DNA of 25,257 nt from a virus (Duplodnaviria > Caudoviricetes). Positions within the stretch are counted from its first letter, which is position 1. Each line of letters opens with the position of its first letter. The notes under the pieces were generated by a model. The model was not told the DNA's origin and made no database searches. It worked only from the letters and a program-made list of their open reading frames with translations. The translations under genes were made by a program, and so were the position numbers. The stretch lies in IMG/VR virus record IMGVR_UViG_3300032327_001770, positions 1-25,257 of that record; one strand, written 5' to 3'. Positions 17,342-25,257 of the stretch are shown in pieces.

Positions 17342-17824
17342 TTAAGAAGCGTTATCCGAGACATTCGCGCCATTGTCAGATTGTTTCTTCTCTGAGCTTT
17401 CTTCATCTTCGTTGGCGTTATCATCACTTTCATTTTTCTTGATAAGTTCCGCCAATATTTTTTCAGCTTCATCTTTTTTAATTGGTTTTGGAGTTAATAA
17501 ATTTTTCTCCGCATCAAAGACATTGTATTTGCCAAAGCTAATATGCTGGATGCAGGGATATTCTGTCGGCACTTCTGGTTTGTTGCCGTCAGGTTTTTTG
17601 TCAGAAATTTCTTTTAGATTTTCCAAAAGAGATTTTGTTAAAGACTCAGGCGAGATGGTGATTTTCTCGCCTTGTTTGAATTGCACTGGTTCAACAACTT
17701 CAAAGATGTCTTTTCTTTTGTTTTTTAAAGAAGTTGCGCGGCTTTCGGCTTGGCTTTCTGAAAGTTTTAATTCAGTGCCAATGCCAAAAGTTATGTGCTT
17801 TCCTGTTACTTCGTAAGTTTGCAT
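17342..17824 (-). CDS. Hypothetical protein downstream of the capsid gene
   Basis: GGAGG RBS upstream; L.LSE.QA..R...L and PVQFK.GE motifs; acidic disordered C-terminus. Confidence 0.7.
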   Translation of the reverse strand: MQTYEVTGKHITFGIGTELKLSESQAESRATSLKNKRKDIFEVVEPVQFKQGEKITISPESLTKSLLENLKEISDKKPDGNKPEVPTEYPCIQHISFGKYNVFDAEKNLLTPKPIKKDEAEKILAELIKKNESDDNANEDEESSEKKQSDNGANVSDNAS

Positions 17825-17836
17825 GATTCGCCTCCA

Positions 17837-18802
17837 TTAAGATTTAATCAGCTTCACCTGACAGGCATGTTGCCAATATCCATAGCCAACATTTCTCCAG
17901 GTATCCACGCCGTATTGATGCTTATCGTGAGTGAATTCCAACTCTGAACCTTCAGCAATCGCTTTGACTTTAACACCTTCTTCCTCTTGTCGGATGAAAG
18001 GTTTGATCGCGCTGTCAGTTCTGAAAATTGCGAACTTGTCAGTCCAAGGAAGCCGAGGATTTTGCGCTACAGTGATATTAAGCTCGTTCATAACTTTAAG
18101 TGAGTTAGTGCTACCACCAACAGTCAGAGGAACAGCAACTGCAGCTTGAGCAATGAACCACATTGGAGTTGGAACCACGATTAAAAAATTAGTCGCATTT
18201 TCGTTCATCGGTTCACCTTGATCATCTTTAAAAGACAAAATTTGCTGAATGCCTTTTAAAGCTGCTAAACGAAATGCAGCCTCGCTTGGAGAGATTGCGA
18301 CACCAACTTTTCCACCATCAATCTGATCAACAAATGCAGTTAGATCGACTTGGATTTTATTGCTTTGCGCGCCGCTTTTTCCCTCAAGGTGATCGGTATC
18401 GAAGAAATACTGTCCATCGTAGCAAACTGTGCTTTCAGCATTATTGATCAGCTTAGAAAGAATTTGCGCCCAATGTGCATTTGTGCGGTCAGCAAATTCA
18501 TTAATTCTGACTTTGATTTGACCGGTTTTATCACGGCGTAAATCCTTCACATTGATTTCTAAAGTGCCTTCAAAGTGCTTGTTTTCGATAGTCAGACCAT
18601 TGGTTAAAAAACCTTTTGCTTGTCTACCGCCAACCCATTCACGCATCACTGGTGACTGTCCTAGCCATTTGTAAGTTTCACTTTCCTGATCAGAGGTGAA
18701 GTAATTTGAAATTGCGTCAATCCAATCCATGCCGGATTTTTGTTCGAGACGCTTGTAGTAAAGGCCAATAATAGCCCTTGATGATAATTCGTTTAGAGGC
18801 AT
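17837..18802 (-). CDS. Major capsid protein, Mu gpT-like
   Basis: SDQESETYKWLGQSPVMREWVGGR, I.NKHFEGT, DGQYFFDTDH, KPFIRQ, YGVD.WRNVGYGYWQHA. Confidence 0.92.
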   Translation of the reverse strand: MPLNELSSRAIIGLYYKRLEQKSGMDWIDAISNYFTSDQESETYKWLGQSPVMREWVGGRQAKGFLTNGLTIENKHFEGTLEINVKDLRRDKTGQIKVRINEFADRTNAHWAQILSKLINNAESTVCYDGQYFFDTDHLEGKSGAQSNKIQVDLTAFVDQIDGGKVGVAISPSEAAFRLAALKGIQQILSFKDDQGEPMNENATNFLIVVPTPMWFIAQAAVAVPLTVGGSTNSLKVMNELNITVAQNPRLPWTDKFAIFRTDSAIKPFIRQEEEGVKVKAIAEGSELEFTHDKHQYGVDTWRNVGYGYWQHACQVKLIKS

Positions 18803-18834
18803 AAAAATTTTTGATTTGAAGTTGTTAAAGTTAC

Positions 18835-19254
18835 CTAAGCGGCTACAGGAGGAAGTGCGGCGACATCGAATTCAACTAGTGCTACGCCGCTTGAATCGAT
18901 GCGTGAAATTTGACCGATATAAACTGCGTTCGTGTCGGATAATGTGAATGTGTTGTCATCAGTTGCATAAACTGATTTGCCGATATCACCAAGTGCGACA
19001 CCAGAAATATCCAAAAGAATTGCACCACGCTTACGAACACGAACAGTTTTAATGCCATCTCCACCACCAGAATTATCGATTTTTTCATCGGCAAAACCGA
19101 GAAACTTATCACCATTCTGAATTGGTCTGGCATAGCCAGAAGAGTGTCCGCCAACGGCAGCGCCTTGATAAATGATTGATGAACCTTTAACCGGAACTTG
19201 GTTAATATCACCTAGCTCGTAGATACGATTTGAGTCTGTTGCTAATGCTGTCAT
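18835..19254 (-). CDS. Head decoration / capsid cement protein
   Basis: PVKGSSIIYQGAAV, FLGFA, DIGKSVYATDDNTFTL, IG.I motifs; immediately upstream of the capsid gene. Confidence 0.75.
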   Translation of the reverse strand: MTALATDSNRIYELGDINQVPVKGSSIIYQGAAVGGHSSGYARPIQNGDKFLGFADEKIDNSGGGDGIKTVRVRKRGAILLDISGVALGDIGKSVYATDDNTFTLSDTNAVYIGQISRIDSSGVALVEFDVAALPPVAA

Positions 19255-19285
19255 GATAAGTTTTTATTTATTGTTAATTGAATCA

Positions 19286-19323
19286 TGCAAATTACTCGCA
19301 GCTAAAGCTGCTGCGTCATTTGT
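19286..19323 (-). repeat. Palindromic hairpin element, copy B (intergenic)
   Basis: Minus strand ACAAATGACGCA-GCAGC-TTTA-GCTGC-GAGTAATTTGCA; arms match copy A. Confidence 0.8.
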
Positions 19324-19329
19324 CATGTT

Positions 19330-20787
19330 TTACCTCTTAGAATTTTGTGTTGATAAAATTTTTACCTGATTGTTTTCGCTCGCTTTTTTGAACGATAAAA
19401 AAGCGTCATAGTCATTGCCGAATTCAGATCTGAGTTTGGAATCATTTTGCCATTCAGCTTTGGCGCGATCTTCAAGCGGTGCGTCCTTATCAACTTTTGT
19501 TTTTTCCTGAGAGGTGCTTTCAAAACTCGGCTCAACTTTCGGCATTTCTTTCTCTGCCTCTTTTTGTGACTCGACATATTTCGTGCCGCGTTGTTTCTCT
19601 CTGGCCACAATTTGCAGAGCGAGTTTTTCAGCAGTCATGCCACCATCTTGCTTAGCTTTTGCTGTTAGGTCTTCATGACCTGCTAAAGCTGCTTCCTCAA
19701 TTGCTAGAATCCTTTTTCGCTCGGCTTCAATTCCTTCATTAAAACCAGCTTTTTTTCCTTCTGCAAAAGAGCTTTCTTTTGTTTCGCTTCTGATTTTTTC
19801 AGAATTTTCCTTTGCCAATTTTTCAGCAATTTCAGGAAATTCTGATTTAATAAAATCCGCGTTAATCGCAGACCTCTCGATTGTTTCTTTATTCATAATT
19901 TTTTTATTTTTTTGAATGAATTGCAAATTACTCGAAGCCTCTGGCGAGGCTTCTCCGTCATTTGTGGACATAAATTTATTTTGTTTGTTGGTTGAAATTT
20001 TTTGATTTAACTCGGTCAAGACTTCTTCGTAACTTCCAAGAGAATCAGCCATGCCGCTTGCAACTGCGTTTTTTCCGATCAGCACTCCGCCTTGTCCGAA
20101 ATCATTTTTTACTGTGTTAACAGTGACGTTTCGGTAACGCGCAATCGCTTCAATAAACTGCGATTCAAGATCGTTGAGTTCGCGTTTTATCTCAGCCATG
20201 CCTTCCTCTGTTCGTGGATCAGGTCGCTTTTGTTTGGCGTTGCTTGAAACTATCTCGATGTTTTTGTAGCCTTCAGAATCAGGCTGCTCTTGCACCGGAA
20301 TTGTTGTGACAACACCAATACTTCCCAAAAGTGCCGAAGGATTAGCGATAATTTTTTCCGTTGCTGATGCGATCCAATAAGCTGCTGATGAACAGTTCCT
20401 ACCGACATAACTCCAGATTGGTTTCTTGCCTCGTGCCTTGAAAATAGCGTCCGCCATTTCTGATGGTCCGAGTGCAACTCCACCTGGTGAATCAATATCA
20501 AAAAGAATTGCTTTCACCTGATCGTCACCTAGTGCTACCTGAAAATCTTTTGCGAGATCGGCAAGAGAAGTGCCGCCAAAAAAGAAGCTGAAAAGATCGC
20601 TTCGGGCAGTGATTGGTCCGTAAAGCGGAATTATCGCCGTGCCGTCTCGAATCAGAACTGATCTCGTATTGCTTAATCGTCTTTCTGATTGAAATGAGAG
20701 CGATTTAATTTCGTCCAGGCGACATAAACTCTTCAAAATATCAGGCTCGATCGCCCAATATTTCGCGATTTTTAATAGGTCATGCAT
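19330..20787 (-). CDS. S49 family prohead protease fused to C-terminal scaffold (lambda C/Nu3-like)
   Basis: IDSPGG, CSSAAYWIASA, GSIGV, FGQGGV..G..AV..GMAD; C-terminal charged coiled coil with AERKRILAI. Confidence 0.92.
   Translation of the reverse strand: MHDLLKIAKYWAIEPDILKSLCRLDEIKSLSFQSERRLSNTRSVLIRDGTAIIPLYGPITARSDLFSFFFGGTSLADLAKDFQVALGDDQVKAILFDIDSPGGVALGPSEMADAIFKARGKKPIWSYVGRNCSSAAYWIASATEKIIANPSALLGSIGVVTTIPVQEQPDSEGYKNIEIVSSNAKQKRPDPRTEEGMAEIKRELNDLESQFIEAIARYRNVTVNTVKNDFGQGGVLIGKNAVASGMADSLGSYEEVLTELNQKISTNKQNKFMSTNDGEASPEASSNLQFIQKNKKIMNKETIERSAINADFIKSEFPEIAEKLAKENSEKIRSETKESSFAEGKKAGFNEGIEAERKRILAIEEAALAGHEDLTAKAKQDGGMTAEKLALQIVAREKQRGTKYVESQKEAEKEMPKVEPSFESTSQEKTKVDKDAPLEDRAKAEWQNDSKLRSEFGNDYDAFLSFKKASENNQVKILSTQNSKR
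19922..19965 (-). repeat. Palindromic hairpin element, copy A (in frame within the S49 gene)
   Basis: Minus strand ACAAATGACGGA-GAAGCCTC-GCCA-GAGGCTTC-GAGTAATTTGCA, encoding TNDGEASPEASSNL. Confidence 0.8.
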
Positions 20788-20789
20788 CG

Positions 20790-22349
20790 TTATTTTTTAG
20801 TTGGTTGTGAGGCTTGAATAACTTCCTTTGGAATGATTCCAGCTTCTTGTTTGAGGCGATATTCCTTAAGAATTTGCGGATATTTTCTCTCAAAATCGCC
20901 ACCAGTTAAAATTGCTGTTTCTTCAGCGAGTGTGCTGACACCAATTTCAATTCTGGTTTGTGCTGCTCTTACTTCTTTTAACTGATCAATTTGCCCGCGT
21001 GGCGGTCCAATCCATTCAGCTCCCAAGTAAGCATTTTTTATTGTCGGATTGGCAAAAAAATTCGGTGCATTTAATTCGCCTTTTGCTACCGCTTCGGTGA
21101 TAACCATTTCGTAAATCGGCTGACAGAGCTGGATTGATAGCCACTTGCGTCTGCTAGAAAAAAACTTCCATGCTTCAACTAAAGCCGCTTGAGCCGCTGA
21201 ATAACTTGCTGTGAAATGTTTGATTAAAATTTCAAATGGCAATTCTAATGCTACACCAACTTGCCGCAATACCGCTTGCACAAAAGGGTCAAAGGCTTGG
21301 TTTGGTCTTTTTGGATCGGCGATTTCAATGTTTTCACCAGGCTGTAAATCAAGAATTGCGCCTGGTCCTAACTTATAATCTCCATCATCTCTTGCGCCAC
21401 CTTCGGGTGGAGTCATTGATGCGAGTCCTTCTTCATCTTCTGATTTTACAAAAACCGTAAACATGGCTGACACAACAGCAGCCATAATTTCTGCCTCAGT
21501 GTAACGATCGAGTTGCTTAAGGCTTTCAATTACAGGTGCTAAATATGGAATGCCTCGCGTAAGTCCTGGTCTGGTTCTGCTGAAAATATGAAAGACCTGA
21601 CGATTTCCGTATTTATCAAAAGCTGGAACTTTAACAAATTTTTTCTCTTTCTGGTTTTGGTAATCAGTTGGATGTTGATTACAAATTGAGTAAGAAATTG
21701 GTGCGCCGTCAGAGTCCATTTCAACGCCACCAGCAAGAGTTGCGCAGTCAGCTTTAAAATCAGTATTAGCAACGCGATCAGCTTCAACAATTTGCAGAGC
21801 AAGATTGATGTTTCTGTTTGGTCGCGGGGCATAGCGTTTAAGAATAAAAACATCGCCACTTTCAAGAACTGAACGCAAAACCAAGTTTTGAATTTCGCTA
21901 AAAGTTTGGCAGCGAGTAATATCGCAATCCTGATTTTCTGCCCAATTGCGAAATATTCGTTCGGCATTTCGTTCAAAAACATCAAACTCATCTTCGCTTT
22001 TGAAATAATCCTTAAGCACATCGCGATCTAAGTGCGACTGAACTTTAAGACCAGTTCCAACAACATTCGTGACAACTGTATTCACCGCACCACAAGCAAG
22101 CGGAGCGTTGCGAAGTAAATCACGCGATCTTTGGCGCAAATCTGGAAGATCAGGAAGCGTAATATTATCGGCAGAGCCATCAGTTGTATTCCAACTTGAA
22201 GTTTGTCTGCGATCGCGTCTTGCACCAGTATAACCACCAGCAATTGCTAATCTGGTTTTGGCTTCAAATCTTTTTAAACCCGCTTGTGGATTGACATAAG
22301 AGATGGCTTTATCCAACCAGTTTTCAGAAATTTTAGGAAATTTTCTCAT
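20790..22349 (-). CDS. Portal protein, lambda family
   Basis: LRQRSRDLLRN.PLA.GA, VVGTGL, RPGLTRGIP.LAPV, YSAAQAALVEAW, WIGPPRGQID..KE. Confidence 0.96.
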   Translation of the reverse strand: MRKFPKISENWLDKAISYVNPQAGLKRFEAKTRLAIAGGYTGARRDRRQTSSWNTTDGSADNITLPDLPDLRQRSRDLLRNAPLACGAVNTVVTNVVGTGLKVQSHLDRDVLKDYFKSEDEFDVFERNAERIFRNWAENQDCDITRCQTFSEIQNLVLRSVLESGDVFILKRYAPRPNRNINLALQIVEADRVANTDFKADCATLAGGVEMDSDGAPISYSICNQHPTDYQNQKEKKFVKVPAFDKYGNRQVFHIFSRTRPGLTRGIPYLAPVIESLKQLDRYTEAEIMAAVVSAMFTVFVKSEDEEGLASMTPPEGGARDDGDYKLGPGAILDLQPGENIEIADPKRPNQAFDPFVQAVLRQVGVALELPFEILIKHFTASYSAAQAALVEAWKFFSSRRKWLSIQLCQPIYEMVITEAVAKGELNAPNFFANPTIKNAYLGAEWIGPPRGQIDQLKEVRAAQTRIEIGVSTLAEETAILTGGDFERKYPQILKEYRLKQEAGIIPKEVIQASQPTKK

Positions 22350-22549
22350 ACTGGAGTTGCGCCTCTAACCCTAATACCGCCGCGATTTTTTCTTTTGATT
22401 TGCACCAATAATCTTTTTTCACGTTGCTCAAGTGTAGCAAGATCAGCTTTTCTGACTTTCTGTCCGTTATACCACGCTTCTTGGGCGTTTAACAAAATGT
22501 CAGAAATTGCCTGTTGGACTTCTGTTAATTGCTCTTCAAGTGTTTTCAC
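22346..22549 (-). CDS. Head completion protein (lambda gpW-like)
   Basis: 67 aa helix-hairpin-helix (LEEQLTEVQQAIS.IL...QE...NGQKVRKADL..L) between terminase and portal. Confidence 0.8.
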   Translation of the reverse strand: MKTLEEQLTEVQQAISDILLNAQEAWYNGQKVRKADLATLEQREKRLLVQIKRKNRGGIRVRGATPV

Positions 22550-22552
22550 TTT

Positions 22553-24421
22553 TTAGTAAATTCCTTTGCTTCTTACTCTTCTAACCCGTTGAGGCGCTGT
22601 TGGTTGAATATTTTGAACCTGTTTATTTTCTGGTCGCAAATGAACTTCTTTGATTCGCTCAACTGCTTTATTTAGATCAAATTTCCAATTGCGAACCAAG
22701 CCGCGCAAAGCTGCAAAAGCATAAACTCTGCAATCGAGTGCTTCGGTTTTCGCTCCTTCACGGCGCGGTGTCCATTCTCGGACGGGTCTGCCTTTGGCAT
22801 ATTTGGTTTTGACGATTTCTGAGGTAACTTGTGCAAACCATTCTGCATCACGCTCCATTGGAAAGTGCCAGTAACCAGCACCTTCTTCAGCGATGCGAAG
22901 TCTTTGCATCAGAGTTTCTTTGGCATCGTTTACACCAATCACATAAACTGGTTTTTTTAATCTTTTGTTTTGGCTGGCACGAGGTGGCCAGATTGGAACT
23001 CCCGCACCAGAAGAACTTCCTTTGATGGCAAAAACCTTTTTGTGTCTACGCGCGTCACAGTAGTTGATAACATGATCCGTATAGTGACCACCGCTATCGA
23101 TACAAATCGCTGCAATTGGAAAATTTGGCAATTCTCTTTGATGCTCAAAAGTTGTTTCCAAAATTTTATCAAGGTCATTCCAGAGATGCGGTGTTGATGG
23201 GTCGCCATAAATTACTTGGTAATCAAGTGACCAACTTTCTTCGTCGCGTCCCCAGCCAACAATTTCAATCTCCAGACGATTGTCTTGGACATCCACGCCA
23301 GCGGTAATGATGGCGATGTTTTTGAATAATCTGGTGCCAAAATTTTCGCGGCGCTTCATTAATCCAGTTGGATCAATAACTTCTCCCGCCATGTCTTCCC
23401 AAGTTTCTGCGAGTTTGGTGTTCGTCCAAACCTGAAGCCTCGGTGGGTCTTTGTGAACCTCTGAAAATTCCTGCGCAATATCACCAAAACTTGTCCAGCC
23501 ATGCGGGCTGTAAAGTGATGACAGATGGAAAGAAATTGTTTTATTGTTGGTGTTCGGGTTGGTTGCTACCCATTTACCTTGTCGTAAAATTTCTGCTTTT
23601 TGGTGATCTTCCCAAACGCTGCCACATTTTTCGCAGGCGTAATAAGCAGATTCCGGTTTGCCTTTCGGCCATTTTATTTGCGCCCATTTAAGAGTTTGAA
23701 ACTCACCACAATCAGGGCATGGCACAAAATAATAACGCTGATCGCCTTCCAAAAATGCAGCTTCAATCCGACTAAAATTTTTGATTGTCGGAGTAGATAT
23801 CATGAAAATTTTGCGATTGCTAAAAGTAGCAGTTCTTTGAATCGCAAGATTTACCGGATCACCTTCACCAGCTGCATCATCAGGGTAGCCGTCAACTTCA
23901 TCGAGAAATAAATATCGAATCGGCATTGAGCGTAAACCAACAGCAGAATTCGCGCCAGTCATCACCAGAACTCCGCCTGGAAATTCCTTCATCAAAATTG
24001 TATTGCCGCTATCTCTGGCGCGTGGGTCTTTTACTTTTTCCTTTAATGCGGGGCAATTTTCTATTGCTGGATCAATCCTCATTTTTGAGGTGCGTTTCGC
24101 AGTCTCAACTGTCGGATTCACAATCAACATTGGTCCTGGTGCGTGATGGATTACAAAGCCCATCCAGTTATTCCCACATTCAGTTCCACCAATTTGCGCG
24201 CCTTTCATGAAGACAACTTTTTCGCAAGGATTACTTGGCGATAAGCAATCCATTATTTCTTTCAAATAAGGAGTGCGATCCGTTCTCCACGGCCCAGGTT
24301 CTGCTGAAGAAATACTGCTTAAGATGCGGTGATTATCAGCCCATGATGATACTGTAAAATTCGGGTCTGGCTTTAAGCCTTCACAGTGATTTTGAAGGTA
24401 AATGTCATCATAGTTTTTCAT
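22553..24421 (-). CDS. Terminase large subunit, lambda GpA family
   Basis: GPWRTDRTPYL.EIMD, Walker A MKGAQIGGTE, Walker B YLFLDEVD, STPT, CPDC/CEKC, GVDVQDNRLE, IDSGG, EALDCRVYA. Confidence 0.97.
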   Translation of the reverse strand: MKNYDDIYLQNHCEGLKPDPNFTVSSWADNHRILSSISSAEPGPWRTDRTPYLKEIMDCLSPSNPCEKVVFMKGAQIGGTECGNNWMGFVIHHAPGPMLIVNPTVETAKRTSKMRIDPAIENCPALKEKVKDPRARDSGNTILMKEFPGGVLVMTGANSAVGLRSMPIRYLFLDEVDGYPDDAAGEGDPVNLAIQRTATFSNRKIFMISTPTIKNFSRIEAAFLEGDQRYYFVPCPDCGEFQTLKWAQIKWPKGKPESAYYACEKCGSVWEDHQKAEILRQGKWVATNPNTNNKTISFHLSSLYSPHGWTSFGDIAQEFSEVHKDPPRLQVWTNTKLAETWEDMAGEVIDPTGLMKRRENFGTRLFKNIAIITAGVDVQDNRLEIEIVGWGRDEESWSLDYQVIYGDPSTPHLWNDLDKILETTFEHQRELPNFPIAAICIDSGGHYTDHVINYCDARRHKKVFAIKGSSSGAGVPIWPPRASQNKRLKKPVYVIGVNDAKETLMQRLRIAEEGAGYWHFPMERDAEWFAQVTSEIVKTKYAKGRPVREWTPRREGAKTEALDCRVYAFAALRGLVRNWKFDLNKAVERIKEVHLRPENKQVQNIQPTAPQRVRRVRSKGIY

Positions 24422-24914
24422 GAACTTTTGATAGCTCTTCCAAGGCTTTAATCAACTCGGCTTTTAAAATTTCTTTCATCTCAAAAATGTTGGTCTTGCC
24501 AACAAGCTGAGGAATAACTCGATCAGGAATGTTTAAAATACGATCTCTGGTCATTCGCGCAGCGTTGAACGCTGACACTTTAACATCATCTATCGAAATC
24601 AGCTTTTTTGATTCCTTTTCAAATTGAAGCCTAAGCAGTTTTGCGCCATAAGCCTCTTTAATCGCTCGGCTTTGCTGATAACTTGGTCCGTTTGTTGCGT
24701 TTGGTATTGAATTCTGGCTGTAATCGGGCTTTTCCTCAGTAAATACTGCCTTTATTTGTGCCGGATCAGTGTTTTGCCCCCATTCTTTATCAGCAGTTTT
24801 GGGATTTATTTTGCCATTTTTGCCCTTGCTGACTCTTCCTTGTCTGATTGCTTTTCTAACCGCCGCCTCGGTAACGCCGCGATGTCTGGCATATGCTCGA
24901 ATCGAGAGTTCCAT
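24408..24914 (-). CDS. Terminase small subunit (Nu1-like N-terminal HTH)
   Basis: LSIRAYARHRGVTEAAVRKAI..GR HTH and coiled-coil C-terminus RDRILNIPDR; overlaps the TerL start. Confidence 0.85.
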   Translation of the reverse strand: MELSIRAYARHRGVTEAAVRKAIRQGRVSKGKNGKINPKTADKEWGQNTDPAQIKAVFTEEKPDYSQNSIPNATNGPSYQQSRAIKEAYGAKLLRLQFEKESKKLISIDDVKVSAFNAARMTRDRILNIPDRVIPQLVGKTNIFEMKEILKAELIKALEELSKVHEKL

Positions 24915-24980
24915 GTTTATTTGTCATCGTTTTGGTATTTCAAAACTTTTTTAAAATTGTTCAAAAAATCATCTTAATTG

Positions 24981-25059
24981 ACTTGATAGTGATGCTTCTC
25001 CGAGCCATACTGGATAAGCCTCTATGAGGTTTTTCTTATTAATCAAAACAAGGAGTAAA
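24981..25059 (+). promoter_or_regulatory. Sigma70-like promoter plus RBS
   Basis: TTGATA (24983-24988)-N17-CATACT (25006-25011); AAGGAG shortly before the ATG at 25060. Confidence 0.6.
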
Positions 25060-25257
25060 ATGCCAAAATATCCAAATATCGAAGTTAATCTTACCAACGA
25101 GGACGGAAACGCTTTTGCAATATTAGCTAGATGCAGAGTTGCAGCAAAAAAAGCAGGTCTGACAAAAGAAGAAATCGAAAACTTCACAAATGAAGCGGAA
25201 GAAGACGATTACGATCATCTTTTACAAGTTTGCCAGCGTTGGTTTAACTGCATTTAG
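25060..25257 (+). CDS. Conserved small phage protein (65 aa), divergent from terminase
   Basis: Strong RBS; V.L..EDGNAFAILAR...A.KKAG....I..F..EA...DYDHLLQ pattern recalled from small phage proteins of unknown function. Confidence 0.8.
   Translation: MPKYPNIEVNLTNEDGNAFAILARCRVAAKKAGLTKEEIENFTNEAEEDDYDHLLQVCQRWFNCI

Noticed and set aside
19286-19323. Hairpin copy B as a Rho-independent terminator
   Set aside because: No U-tract follows it on the coding strand, it lies upstream of the capsid genes, and a sibling copy sits inside a coding sequence.
7171-24210. Numerous 60-160 aa alternative-frame or antisense ORFs inside structural genes
   Set aside because: Fully nested in well-supported genes with no recognisable protein features.
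24969-25187. Minus-strand 72-aa ORF upstream of TerS
   Set aside because: Antisense to the better supported plus-strand gene that has its own promoter and RBS.

Overview
AT-rich (roughly 40% GC by eye) window almost entirely occupied by one intact, tightly coupled minus-strand virion morphogenesis and lysis operon (about 24914 down to 318) of a contractile-tailed (pro)phage. The host is a diderm bacterium, plausibly a low-GC alphaproteobacterium (inference). Gene order: lambda-like packaging and head (TerS, GpA-type TerL, gpW, portal, S49 protease/scaffold), decoration protein, Mu gpT-like capsid, neck, P2-like baseplate (V, W, J, I), three tandem full-length tail fibres with two chaperones, sheath, tube, frameshifted chaperone gpE/E', tape measure, U, X, D, then endolysin, holin and overlapping spanins. 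No integrase, repressor, replication gene, reverse transcriptase or recombinase is present in the window. Highlights: (1) two copies of a conserved hairpin element sitting just before the scaffold and decoration start codons, one in frame inside the protease gene; (2) a DUF167/YggU gene placed antisense between tube and chaperone, flanked by TTAAAT repeats; (3) a triple tail-fibre array; (4) a -1 frameshift site with a stimulatory stem; (5) a shared promoter and RBS cassette driving small outward-facing genes at both ends.
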